Positions 39,554 to 49,188 of a stretch of 64,000 nucleotides of DNA are shown piece by piece. The stretch comes from Candidatus Poribacteria bacterium (GTDB taxonomy: Bacteria; Poribacteria; WGA-4E; WGA-3G). Below the pieces are notes generated by a model that did no database searches, had not been told where the DNA came from, and worked only from the letters and a program-made list of their open reading frames with translations. Every line of letters begins with the position of its first letter. The stretch's first letter is position 1. A program made the position numbers and the translations under genes. The stretch spans positions 2,560,001-2,624,000 of the forward strand of contig OZ219753.1 in NCBI GenBank assembly GCA_964291315.2, given 5' to 3'.

Positions 39554-40852
39554 TCAGTCAGCAGTTTTATCGTTCAAGGCCTCCACGACAAGCTCCTCTA
39601 AGGCGTGCCCTCTCGCTTCAGCCGTGATTAAGTTGCCTTCCCGATCGATAAGCCACGGTGCCGGGATAGCGCGAATGCCGTACTGTTGCGCAATAGGCGA
39701 GGTCCTATTAAAAACCTGCCGCCAAGGGATGTCATTCTTTTCGAGATAATTCCGCAACTTTATTTCATCGCCGTCAAGGCTCACGCCGATGACCTCAAAT
39801 CCTTTCGCTTTATAGGTCTCGTAGACCTTTTTAATGTTCGGCATTTCGGCGATACACGGTGCGCACCACACCGCCCAAAAGTCGAGCAAAACAATTTTTC
39901 CGCGATAGTCTTGAAGTGAAATTGGATTTCCATCAAGATCGACGGCGTGGAAGTCTGGCACCGGTTTCCCTATCAAGTCGGCTGACGGATCCGCTTTACG
40001 GCGGTACGATTCAGCGAGCTCAAGATTACCTAGCTTGTTGTGTACGTAGGCCAGTCTTTCAAAGAGTGAGAGCTCGCCCGGATGCTGCTTCACAGCTTCC
40101 TCAAAAGTTTCAAGCATGTCGTCATAACGTCCCAGTGCGTCCAGCATGTCGCCCAGGAAAAAGTAATTCCAGATCTCAGTCTTCATCGTTGACTTGAAAC
40201 GTGCAACTAGGGCTTCTGCTGCCTGCTCATTTCCGACGTGAAGGTAGAGCGTAATGAGCTGTGGATAGAGCTGAAGAAAAAGCGGTTCAGTTGCGGCTCG
40301 CTCAAGTTTTTCTTCAAAAGCGCGAATGGCCGCTTCGTGACTACCGTAGATAGCTTCCGGTGCATCTTCCCAAACCATGGGGGATCTGAAAATCTTATAC
40401 GAAAAGCTCAAGTTTAGGCAATCAGAATCTCCACTTCCGTGATGTCGGCAACGAACAAACGGGATGCCATCGCCATATAACAAACGTTGTTGACTTTTAT
40501 GTTCTCGATACCCCGGGTGATACTCATACCCGTAACTCACCGGCATCTCTGGGTCTACATTCATATCCATGATTGTCTTTCCGCCCACTTTATCCGCTGG
40601 ACAGATCAAGATGTTTGCATCTGCCAAATGTTTCGGGTGAAGAGCGGAGAGCCATTCTGGAAAATCGTCGTGTTCTTTCTGGTAGGCTTGAATCGCCTCC
40701 CCAATGGCTGTCAGATTCTGTGTGCAACTCTCGATATTTTTCTGGTCCGGTTCTGCAGTCTTGGCTATGCTCGGCCTCCGTGGCGGCGGATGCGCATAAG
40801 CAGTAGTCATCACGAGACTCAAAACCGTTGCTACAGTCAAAATTGCTTTCAT
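39554..40852 (-). CDS. Exported TlpA-family thiol-disulfide reductase with TPR-like and N-terminal extra domains
   Basis: GAAGGAG RBS; signal peptide; LLDFWAVWCAPC, GVSLD and IP cis-proline motifs. Confidence 0.85.
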   Translation of the reverse strand: MKAILTVATVLSLVMTTAYAHPPPRRPSIAKTAEPDQKNIESCTQNLTAIGEAIQAYQKEHDDFPEWLSALHPKHLADANILICPADKVGGKTIMDMNVDPEMPVSYGYEYHPGYREHKSQQRLLYGDGIPFVRCRHHGSGDSDCLNLSFSYKIFRSPMVWEDAPEAIYGSHEAAIRAFEEKLERAATEPLFLQLYPQLITLYLHVGNEQAAEALVARFKSTMKTEIWNYFFLGDMLDALGRYDDMLETFEEAVKQHPGELSLFERLAYVHNKLGNLELAESYRRKADPSADLIGKPVPDFHAVDLDGNPISLQDYRGKIVLLDFWAVWCAPCIAEMPNIKKVYETYKAKGFEVIGVSLDGDEIKLRNYLEKNDIPWRQVFNRTSPIAQQYGIRAIPAPWLIDREGNLITAEARGHALEELVVEALNDKTAD

Positions 40853-40967
40853 TTCAAACGTCTCCTTCAGGTTGTTTGCCAAATCATTAAGTTCAATAGA
40901 GGTGAGGCTAGAAAAACCTTTCAATATATTAAAACACACACTTAAGGTGAAAAGGTTGCATATTTTT

Positions 40968-40995
40968 TTGACAACATTCGCACTGTGTGTATAAT
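40968..40995 (+). promoter_or_regulatory. Consensus sigma70 promoter with no convincing downstream CDS
   Basis: TTGACA-16 nt-TATAAT with TGTG extension. Confidence 0.7.
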
Positions 40996-41008
40996 TATTA
41001 ACAATCTG

Positions 41009-41134
41009 TTAGTAGTCGTTCCGATTGCACACCGTAACAGGTGATGCTACGATGGTCTCTATTTTTATACACTCACCGCAGGCGAGTTCAGTGCAACGCG
41101 GAAGATGTTGATACGGAAGTAGGGGCTCTACTAA
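41009..41134 (+). ncRNA. Candidate structured RNA or leader
   Basis: Nested stems TTAGTAG/CTACTAA, TTCCG/CGGAA and TTGCAC/GTGCAA plus two hairpins, immediately after the promoter. Confidence 0.45.
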
Positions 41135-41145
41135 GCGTTGAAGAG

Positions 41146-41202
41146 GCACAGACTGACAGTCTATGCTACAAGTGCCACTGCACAGACTGATAGGTTATGC
41201 TA
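41146..41202. repeat. Two REP-like palindromes (GTAG type on the minus strand)
   Basis: GCACAGACT-GAC-AGTCTATGC-TAC and a degenerate copy GCACAGACTGATAGGTTATGCTA. Confidence 0.6.
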
Positions 41203-41418
41203 GAAACACTGAATCCGCAACCGAAACGCAGCCCCGAAGCCTCGCCGCGCCCGATACACCACATCATGACGGCATCAACTTGAGACTGCCGGAGTCAAAG
41301 CGATAGATTTCCACTATACCGAGAAATAGACAGATTTTTTGAAGTGTCCGAGGGCGATTCACAACTAAAGCGACATAGACAGAACCACCACTGAACTGAC
41401 GGCTGAAGAGCCTTTACC

Positions 41419-41447
41419 TTGACAGCCCACCGTTTTGTTGCTATAAT
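41419..41447 (+). promoter_or_regulatory. sigma70 promoter of the PhyH/PorV-like genes
   Basis: TTGACA-17 nt-TATAAT. Confidence 0.8.
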
Positions 41448-41503
41448 ATCTCTAGCAGCTACAGTGTTGACACACAAACGTTTTCTCAAGTAAGGACCGG
41501 CGC

Positions 41504-42367
41504 ATGCCAAGAATTGAACCTTTTACCGTCTCAAACGAACACTTGGATCAGCCCGAAGAACTCCGCGAACGAGCGCAGCGAGACGGCTACCTCTTTTTTC
41601 GAGGCTTGATTGACGCTAATGCCATCTACGCGCTACGGCGGGATTTCTTGGACATCTGCCAGCGGCACGGGTGGACACACGGCGGAGACGCATTAATGGA
41701 CGGCATCCGGAAGGGGCAACCCTATATGGAGGGCGATGCCGATTATTGGCCCGTCTTAGACGAATTTCAGAGCTTGGAATCGTTCCACACCTTCGCCCAT
41801 CATCCCGCGATTTTGGATATATGCGATAAACTCTTCGGTGAGAAGACACTCGTACATCCGCGAAATATTGGAAGAATCATGTTCCCCGAAAACACCAAAT
41901 ACACAACGCCTGCACATCAGGACTATATCCACATTCGCGGCACAGAAGAAACCTATACGGCGTGGATACCGCTCGGACCGTGTCCACTGACGTTAGGGGG
42001 TTTATCCGTATTGTCTGGGTCCCATCGAAATGGGATCTATCCGGTCAAACCCACACCCGGTGCAGGCGGGCTCGGTATTGATACTGCCCCCTTGGAAGCG
42101 GAAGGACTCTGCTGGGTCGCTGGCGATTACGAGGCCGGCGACGCGCTTTTTTTCCACAGCCACACCGTTCATAAGGCGCTCCCAAATCAGACATCGGACC
42201 GGATTCGACTCTCGGTGGACTACCGTTATCAAGGAGTCTCACAGCCGGTCACACAAGGCTCGCTATTGCCGCACTTCAATCGAATGGAATGGGCCGACAT
42301 CTACACAGATTGGAAATCAGAACAGTACCAATACTATTGGAACGCTCTCGATCTGAATACGGTTTGA
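41504..42367 (+). CDS. Phytanoyl-CoA dioxygenase family protein
   Basis: DGYL, HQD, WIPLG, GSH, GD...H..H and RLSVDYRY motifs. Confidence 0.9.
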   Translation: MPRIEPFTVSNEHLDQPEELRERAQRDGYLFFRGLIDANAIYALRRDFLDICQRHGWTHGGDALMDGIRKGQPYMEGDADYWPVLDEFQSLESFHTFAHHPAILDICDKLFGEKTLVHPRNIGRIMFPENTKYTTPAHQDYIHIRGTEETYTAWIPLGPCPLTLGGLSVLSGSHRNGIYPVKPTPGAGGLGIDTAPLEAEGLCWVAGDYEAGDALFFHSHTVHKALPNQTSDRIRLSVDYRYQGVSQPVTQGSLLPHFNRMEWADIYTDWKSEQYQYYWNALDLNTV

Positions 42368-42423
42368 AAACTATCAGCACCCCGGTGTGTCTTTGACAGT
42401 TTCTCAAAGGAAATGGAAATCAA

Positions 42424-43518
42424 TTGACTAAGTTGCAACAGTCCCAGAAGTCTAACAAGTTTCTGTATTGCTTATTGATGCTTCTCGGCTGGAGCGGTTT
42501 CACTGTTTTTCCGGCTGCTGCGGAAAACTACACCGCGGACTTCCTGACAAATGGGGTCGGCGGGCGCGCACTCGGATTAGGGGGCGCATACGTCAGCATA
42601 GCAGACGATGTTACAGCCACCTATTGGAACCCCGCCGGCATCGCAGGTGTTCCCGATAACTACCAATTTTGTCTCATGCACGCCGCACGACGTTCCGGGT
42701 TAGGGGCATTTAACTATATCTCCGGCACGACTAAGATTCTGCCCAAACTCAATCTCGGGCTGTCATGGATGCGCGCAGGGGTTGACGATATTCCGATCTA
42801 TCCGCTCGTTCCAGCATTCGATCCAAATATCAGTGCAGATGAGCGGAAGAACCTTGCAAAAAATCGACCCCGCTCCACAGATTTTGACCCGGCAGGTTAC
42901 CTCAACGACAGTGAGAATGCTTACATTCTCACACTCGCGACGGGCTGGAGCGTCAGTCAGGCGTGGTGGAATAACTTTGGAAGGGACTCCTTGCCGCCTT
43001 CGTTGCTGATCGGGGCGAATGCTAAATGGATTTCACAACGCCTGAGCAGTGGGGACCTTGATACCTACAATTATGGGAGCCGCGGCTACGGGTTCGATCT
43101 CGGCCTACTCGCCCGTCTACCAGACCTGAACGCTATTTTTGGCTTAGAAAATATTGGCAGCTTCTCGTTTGGGTTGAACCTTCAAGATGTTTCGAAAACA
43201 ACACTAACGTGGAACACTGAATCCGCGCTTAAAGAATCTATCCCCGCGAATTGGAATATCGGCGCGGCGTATGCGAATTCCCGCATTTTCGGGCGAAATT
43301 TAATCCTCTCTTATCAGTGGCAGCGACGTTACGGTGGACAGACACACCTGGGGGCAGAGTATTATATCAGTAACCCCTTGGCATTACGCCTCGGCTACCG
43401 TGATGTCAGTATTACAGCAGGAATCGGCATCCACCTCCGCGAATTTCGTCTCGACTATGCCCTCCTCTTTGGCGACCTGATTAGCACACATTTCCTGAGT
43501 CTATTATGGAATTTCTAG
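42424..43518 (+). CDS. PorV/PorQ (UPF0164)-like outer-membrane beta-barrel protein
   Basis: FL..GVGGRALGLGGAY...YWNPAG; GFDLG; GAEY; LRLGY; C-terminal Phe. Confidence 0.75.
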   Translation: MTKLQQSQKSNKFLYCLLMLLGWSGFTVFPAAAENYTADFLTNGVGGRALGLGGAYVSIADDVTATYWNPAGIAGVPDNYQFCLMHAARRSGLGAFNYISGTTKILPKLNLGLSWMRAGVDDIPIYPLVPAFDPNISADERKNLAKNRPRSTDFDPAGYLNDSENAYILTLATGWSVSQAWWNNFGRDSLPPSLLIGANAKWISQRLSSGDLDTYNYGSRGYGFDLGLLARLPDLNAIFGLENIGSFSFGLNLQDVSKTTLTWNTESALKESIPANWNIGAAYANSRIFGRNLILSYQWQRRYGGQTHLGAEYYISNPLALRLGYRDVSITAGIGIHLREFRLDYALLFGDLISTHFLSLLWNF

Positions 43519-43560
43519 CGCGAACTATACACCTCTGAACCCCGCTGAACCACCAATCTT

Positions 43561-44787
43561 TTACAAGCTGGGTTTCGAGAGATCGGGTTGATCCCGTAGC
43601 AAAATCAAGAGCGGCGCTATCAATACCGGAATCATCACCAAGCCGTCTAACACAATGGGCAGACCGAATTGGTCACCCAAGGTCCCAACGAATTTGTTCA
43701 AGATTCCACCAACCCCCCATGCCGCACCCATCATAAAACTGGAAGCGATATTTTCATGCCCGCGCAACATTATCTGTGCTAAGATAATGTTGACTGTTAT
43801 GGAACTTGAGAGAAGCACATTGCCCAAAAATAGGAGCAGAATGAAACTAAATCCATCTGTGTGTAGCGAGGCATAGAGCAGCGGCGGGGCACCAAGGAGG
43901 GACACCAGCAGCAGCACAAAGGTATTCACACGGGTTAGAAGCCATCCGCTCGACATAATCCCCATAGAACCTGCGAAGATGAAAAGTCCTATCACAAGCG
44001 ATCGGACTTGGTCAGCGTAGTTTTGGTCGTCTAAGTGGACAGATAAAAAGGTTTCTAGACCCGTAAGCGTAACCGTTCGGAAGGCTGCAATAATAAAGAG
44101 CACAACAAGAGGCAGCAGGCGCGGGGAAGCGACATGCCAAAAGGATTCTCGAGGGCTCGGTTCATCGCGTGGCGTTCCGGGGGTGGTAGCAGTCAGTGCC
44201 AATTCGTTATCAAATGCGAGTACCTTTGGCACCATCAGTGTGAGCAGTAGCCCCGGTATCATTTCCCAAACGAGGTAGTCTAACCCGAAGCGGTAAGGGA
44301 TAAACAGCAGCACCAGCGGACCGAGGGCCCGTCCAATGTTCCCGCCTGTAAGGAAAGTAGAGGTCCCCATCGCTCTCTGCCCCGAGGCGAGGGCTCCAGC
44401 ATAAGTCGTGGCTTGTGGATGGAAGGCAGCGACACCGGTGCCGCCGAGGGCTAAGAGGATATATACAGATGAAGCCGAGGGCGCGACCCATAAGAGGCTT
44501 AAACCGATGGCCGTCAGTCCAATGCCAAATGTCACAAAATGCACCGTCCGCACCCGATCCGACAACCATCCAAACATTACCTGGCCAAATGAGCTGAAGA
44601 CACTATAAATTGAGAGGAAGTTACCCGCTAAACTGTTTCGAGCCGCGGCTGTGCTGAACTTTCCCAAGAGGCGGGGCTGCAGATGTGACAGAAGCGTCGC
44701 GTAGGAGTCAAGAACGGTATGGCACAACGTCAGAAAGTAGAACTGTTTCCGAGAGGACGTTTTTGATGGAGACTGTTGGTTTTTCAT
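43561..44787 (-). CDS. MFS transporter (Fsr-like)
   Basis: About 12 TM segments; H...D.Y, FGWLSDR, AAFHP and GGNIG motifs. Confidence 0.88.
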   Translation of the reverse strand: MKNQQSPSKTSSRKQFYFLTLCHTVLDSYATLLSHLQPRLLGKFSTAAARNSLAGNFLSIYSVFSSFGQVMFGWLSDRVRTVHFVTFGIGLTAIGLSLLWVAPSASSVYILLALGGTGVAAFHPQATTYAGALASGQRAMGTSTFLTGGNIGRALGPLVLLFIPYRFGLDYLVWEMIPGLLLTLMVPKVLAFDNELALTATTPGTPRDEPSPRESFWHVASPRLLPLVVLFIIAAFRTVTLTGLETFLSVHLDDQNYADQVRSLVIGLFIFAGSMGIMSSGWLLTRVNTFVLLLVSLLGAPPLLYASLHTDGFSFILLLFLGNVLLSSSITVNIILAQIMLRGHENIASSFMMGAAWGVGGILNKFVGTLGDQFGLPIVLDGLVMIPVLIAPLLILLRDQPDLSKPSL

Positions 44788-45116
44788 GAAGCCAAATGGA
44801 CACCGCGTTTCTATAAAAATTTGAAAGATTTAGACGGGGTCCATTATAGAATACACGCCTTTAAAAAGCAAATCCTTTTTTATCTACTATCTGTAGGTTA
44901 CCTTTCCCAACCGCGCGGTTTTCTGTTAGGAGGGTTCAGTATTTGGAAATGCCGACTTGTCTTCACTTATCTGTCGATAAAAACCAATAAAACCTAAAAT
45001 TGAATGCTCTTAATCAGCGACCAATATTCCGTTGATAATTGAAACTTCCGCCTATATTATGATACAATTCTTTACAATAGAAACAGTGCCCAAAATTCAC
45101 CATAGCGAGTGCGCCT

Positions 45117-46118
45117 TTGAACACAAAGCAATTACAGCAGGTTACCAAAATCGGACTGCCGACAGTATTGGCTTTTGTTATCGCATACCTGCTTTTAAAA
45201 CAAATTGACCTTCAACAGATACCGAAGACGCTGGGTCAGTTGTCAATACATGCCCTCTTAATCGGGTTCGCCTGTTATTGTCTGTTAGTTTTAGCGAAAG
45301 CCCTCCGTTTCCAAGCCTTACTCAACCTTGAGAGTCGTGCCCATCAAATTTTTCCAATCTTAGCGTTGCATACCTTCTGGAGCAATATTCTTCCGATGCG
45401 CACAGGGGATATCTCTTATGTCTACCTGATGCAACGGAGACAGAAGGTAGCGGCTACACAGGGAATAGCATCGCTTGTAGTGGCAAGCCTGATTGATCTC
45501 GTTCTGCTAATGGGGTTGGTAATTGCCACGGCTGGGCTCCTACGCACAGAATTAAGTGAGACTCTCTCTGGTAGAGTGCTTTACCTTCTACCTCTATTGG
45601 TAGGTGGAGGTTTAATCGCAATCATGGCCTTCGTGTATATTGCCCCGAAAACCTGCCTGAGATTTGCAAAACGATGTATGCACCCTCTAATGCTCCTCGA
45701 AATTCGCCCCAGTACATGGGTTGCCAACAAAGCGCTTGCAGTCCTGCGGCACCTCCTAGCGTTTCGATCGAATCGACGCTTTGTAGAAGTATGGACATAT
45801 TCTCTACTTTGCCTCGGCATCCGTTTTGGATTCCAATGCTACCTTGTTATAGAGATGGGAGTTAACATTCCGATGGCCAAGGTGCTATTCGCGCTGGCAT
45901 TTACGAACGTTTTCAACCTGCTCCCTGTCCAAACCATCGGTAATTTTGGTACCACTGAGTTTCCCTTTGTTTGGCTACTGCACCATTTCGGGATCCCTGT
46001 GAATGTTGCTACTATCACTGGATTTAGTTTGCACATTCTAATTTTGCTCTATTGTTTGCCCTTAGGGGTGTATGGATTTTTAACGAAGAGCAGGTTTACC
46101 AAGGCACATCCGAGTTAA
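45117..46118 (+). CDS. Lysylphosphatidylglycerol synthase TM / flippase-like (UPF0104) protein
   Basis: Multi-TM; NILPMRTGD and LPVQTIGNFGTTE motifs. Confidence 0.8.
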   Translation: MNTKQLQQVTKIGLPTVLAFVIAYLLLKQIDLQQIPKTLGQLSIHALLIGFACYCLLVLAKALRFQALLNLESRAHQIFPILALHTFWSNILPMRTGDISYVYLMQRRQKVAATQGIASLVVASLIDLVLLMGLVIATAGLLRTELSETLSGRVLYLLPLLVGGGLIAIMAFVYIAPKTCLRFAKRCMHPLMLLEIRPSTWVANKALAVLRHLLAFRSNRRFVEVWTYSLLCLGIRFGFQCYLVIEMGVNIPMAKVLFALAFTNVFNLLPVQTIGNFGTTEFPFVWLLHHFGIPVNVATITGFSLHILILLYCLPLGVYGFLTKSRFTKAHPS

Positions 46119-46265
46119 CGTCGAGGGGACGCGAGGGTTCCCTATTGTAGCGCAACATAACAGCTGATTTTTCTGTTGACAACTTTTTGAAAACGTGTTT
46201 AAGTTTAAGCAGATAGGCGCGATTTCTAACGTCGGCGCTTGTCGGATAAAATGAGGAAGCATAAT

Positions 46266-47097
46266 ATGAGAATTATCGACCCGCCTCTTCACGTTTGGAA
46301 GAACGATTCTCGGTTTCCGTGGGCTCCAGAGACAACCACTCCACCGGAGGACGATGCCACAGCAGAAACGCTTTTGGAATTAATGGCAGCGAACGGCGTA
46401 GAAAAGACCGTTCTCGTTCAAGCCATTCACTACCGATGGGATAATCGTTACGCAGCGGCGGCGATGAAGAGATACCCTGATAAATTCATGGAGGTCTGTC
46501 GAGTCAACCTCGAAGACCCAGATGCCCCCGACCACCTCGGCCGCTGGACAGAGGAGCACGGATTTCATGGGGTCGGTCTGAGCCCGCCTGTGGGCCCTGA
46601 TGGCGATTGGTTCGCCGGAGCGTTGATGCCCCCACCCTTCCACCGCGCCGAATCACTTGCGGTGCCGTTGTTGATCCTCACCGGGGCCGACCGGCTCATG
46701 GACCTTGTGCCGCTTCTCGAACAATATCCGGGCCTCGATGTTGTGATTGATCACATGGCGGGGGTTCCCCGGATGTCCCTGAAAAGCATGAACTACTTCT
46801 CAACTTGGCACGCTTCCCTCGGGTGTATGTCAAGATAAGCCACACGTGGTCGATGTCGAAACCAATTTTCCGTGGGCCGATACACATGAGCAGGTCAAGG
46901 AGGTGTATCATGCTTTCGGGGGCGATCGGATGATGTGGGGCACGGATTGGCCGGTCTGTCTGAAACACACCACTTATGCGGAGACCTTAGCCGTCGTCCG
47001 CGCCGCAATGGATTTCTTTACATCTGAAGATCGGGAATGGGTGTTGGGCAAAACGACTCTACGGCTTTGGCAATTTCCGCCCCAACCTCATGAGTAG
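46266..47097 (+). pseudogene. Amidohydrolase-2 family pseudogene with two frameshifts
   Basis: IDHMA, then VYVKIS in a shifted frame (near 46760), then PW...MWGTDWP in a third frame (near 46860); the HxH motif reads DPPLH. Confidence 0.8.
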
Positions 47098-47133
47098 AAG
47101 GCGAGGTTTCCGCGCCGCAAATGTAAAATTAGC

Positions 47134-47161
47134 TTGACTTTTTTTTTGTTTATGCTAAAAT
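47134..47161 (+). promoter_or_regulatory. sigma70 promoter with a T9 tract in the spacer
   Basis: TTGACT-16 nt-TAAAAT with TGn extension. Confidence 0.55.
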
Positions 47162-47291
47162 AGTAGTTTTAGGTTAAACAATAACGACTTCCATTACCGA
47201 CGCAACAAGGCAAAGCACCACACACGTCCGAAATCCCAAGGTTATTTTAAAAGTGAGATTTCAATACCTCCGTTTCACAAGGAGAAATATC

Positions 47292-47639
47292 ATGCTGTTT
47301 TGTCCACAATGCAACGCTGAATATAAGCCAGAAGTATCGATGTGTTCGGACTGTAACGTAGGTCTCGTGCCCGAATTAAGGCAAACCGAGGTTACGGAGT
47401 ATGGCGATTGGTACGCAGTTGAATCTGTACCAAACGAAGTGGCAGGAAATATCCTTCAAAACGTCTTAGAGAATGAAGGCATTCCTGTCTACTTACGTTG
47501 CCACGAAACCCCTAACTATGGCGGCGTGAAAGGTAATGCCGCAGCATCTGAATGGGGCGATCTCCTGGTGCCAATTGATTTACTGCCACAGGCACGAGAA
47601 GCCCTCGAAACGTATTTCAATTCACTACAAGAAGGATGA
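47292..47639 (+). CDS. Zinc-ribbon plus DUF2007-like protein
   Basis: AAGGAG RBS; FCPQCNAEY...CSDC; LENEGIP. Confidence 0.75.
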   Translation: MLFCPQCNAEYKPEVSMCSDCNVGLVPELRQTEVTEYGDWYAVESVPNEVAGNILQNVLENEGIPVYLRCHETPNYGGVKGNAAASEWGDLLVPIDLLPQAREALETYFNSLQEG

Positions 47640-47658
47640 CTCTCACAGGCAGGGTGCC

Positions 47659-47871
47659 ATGGAAAAAGTGACGCAACTCTATCTCTTTAAAGAGGTAGAA
47701 TCTCATATGCGCATAACTGATAAGATTTATGTCCGAGCCTATCGAAAACAAGATGGCAGTTATGTCAGAAAATATTGGAGGAAACGGCCTACCCGAAGAA
47801 ACGAGAGTCGCAAACTGACGCCTACAGAAGTAAAACAGCTCTCTTTAATTAAAAAAGGGAGTAAAAATTGA
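47659..47871 (+). CDS. Small basic hypothetical protein
   Basis: Fills the gap between co-oriented genes; YVRAYRKQDGSYVRKYWRKRP motif. Confidence 0.5.
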   Translation: MEKVTQLYLFKEVESHMRITDKIYVRAYRKQDGSYVRKYWRKRPTRRNESRKLTPTEVKQLSLIKKGSKN

Positions 47872-49115
47872 AAATCCACGTGAGAAGGAATCATGGCACC
47901 CTCCACGGTCTAACATACAGACGCTTCTTCTCGGGAGATGTTATGCTCTATCTTTTCCGATGCCTGCAAGTATTCCGTGTTTCTGCCTGTTGCTTGCAGG
48001 CGTTCACTGTTCTACTCTTTTTTATAGCGAGTTCCACACTTTTTAGCGATGTCTACCGTATCAAAAAAGGAGACACCCTCCTCATTGCCGTGGTCGGGCA
48101 ACCCGAGTATACGCATTCCGTGCAAGTTCGTGGAGACGGCAAAATCAACTATTTCGGCGGCGACTTTGATGTTGCCGGACAGACAGTGACAAATGTGAAC
48201 CAGTTGATTCGCGAGTTTCTCGTCACAGATGATCATGTCAGTAACCCTGTCGTGATGGTATCCCCGGTCTTGCAAGAGAACGGTGTTTTCGTCGGAGGCG
48301 CGGTACAGACACCGGGACGTTATCTCATTTCGCCGGAAACCGACATCGGTTTATACCGTGCCATCGCGCTAGCCGGGGGCATGACGGAGAACGCCGACCG
48401 TCAAGGCGTACAACTCATCCGGACCGACGATACACAAAAGGTGGAAACCTACGACCTCTCCACGACTCGTGTTTTTCAAAACGTCCGCGTTGGTGTGAAC
48501 GATCTTATATTCGTCATGCCGTTGAGCGTCGTTGAAGTCCAAGGGCAGGTACAGACTCCTGGCAAGCTGTTTGTTCGTGGAGAGATCGGCATTGAACAAG
48601 CCCTCGCCCGCGCAGGCGGACCCACGCAGGAGGCAGACCTCGCGGCACTGGTAAAAGTCGCAAAAGACGGTAAACTGTCCGAGTTTAAGCGATCGGAACG
48701 GTTTTGGCAATCCGATGAAAGCAAGACGGTTTACGCTACGTTGTCGGATGGCGATGTGCTGTTTGTTCCGAATGTATTCAAAGCCGAGTTAATCTACGTG
48801 ACAGGTTATGTGCGTAATCCGGGCGCACAGCGTGTCCGTGGTCCGTTGCGTCCTTCACAGGCCGTCGCGCTTGGCGGGGGGTTTGACGTTTCAGCGAACC
48901 GTAAGACAGGGCTCATTCACCGGCGTGATGGTAGGGCAATAGAGGTAGGCTTAACATCTGATGCTGCCGAAGACGCGACCGGGCAACAGCCCCTGATCTA
49001 TCCGGGAGATATTTTGGAGATCAAGAAGAAGTTTGAGGTGAATTGGAATCTTGTCACTACATTCGCCTCCATTGCTATTGCTAGTATAGGTATTGTAATC
49101 CAATTGACGAGGTAG
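47868..49115 (+). CDS. Polysaccharide export/SLBB-domain protein (Wza-like); start probably later (about 47943)
   Basis: YRIKKGD...VRGDGKI; three V.G.V..PG...A.AGG SLBB units; C-terminal TM helix. Confidence 0.85.
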   Translation: MKIHVRRNHGTLHGLTYRRFFSGDVMLYLFRCLQVFRVSACCLQAFTVLLFFIASSTLFSDVYRIKKGDTLLIAVVGQPEYTHSVQVRGDGKINYFGGDFDVAGQTVTNVNQLIREFLVTDDHVSNPVVMVSPVLQENGVFVGGAVQTPGRYLISPETDIGLYRAIALAGGMTENADRQGVQLIRTDDTQKVETYDLSTTRVFQNVRVGVNDLIFVMPLSVVEVQGQVQTPGKLFVRGEIGIEQALARAGGPTQEADLAALVKVAKDGKLSEFKRSERFWQSDESKTVYATLSDGDVLFVPNVFKAELIYVTGYVRNPGAQRVRGPLRPSQAVALGGGFDVSANRKTGLIHRRDGRAIEVGLTSDAAEDATGQQPLIYPGDILEIKKKFEVNWNLVTTFASIAIASIGIVIQLTR

Positions 49116-49188
49116 CGAGGTAGATGGCAAATCGGTTTGGTGTAAGAGCTCGCCTTGTCCCATAAACGAAATTTGAATAGTTAACATT

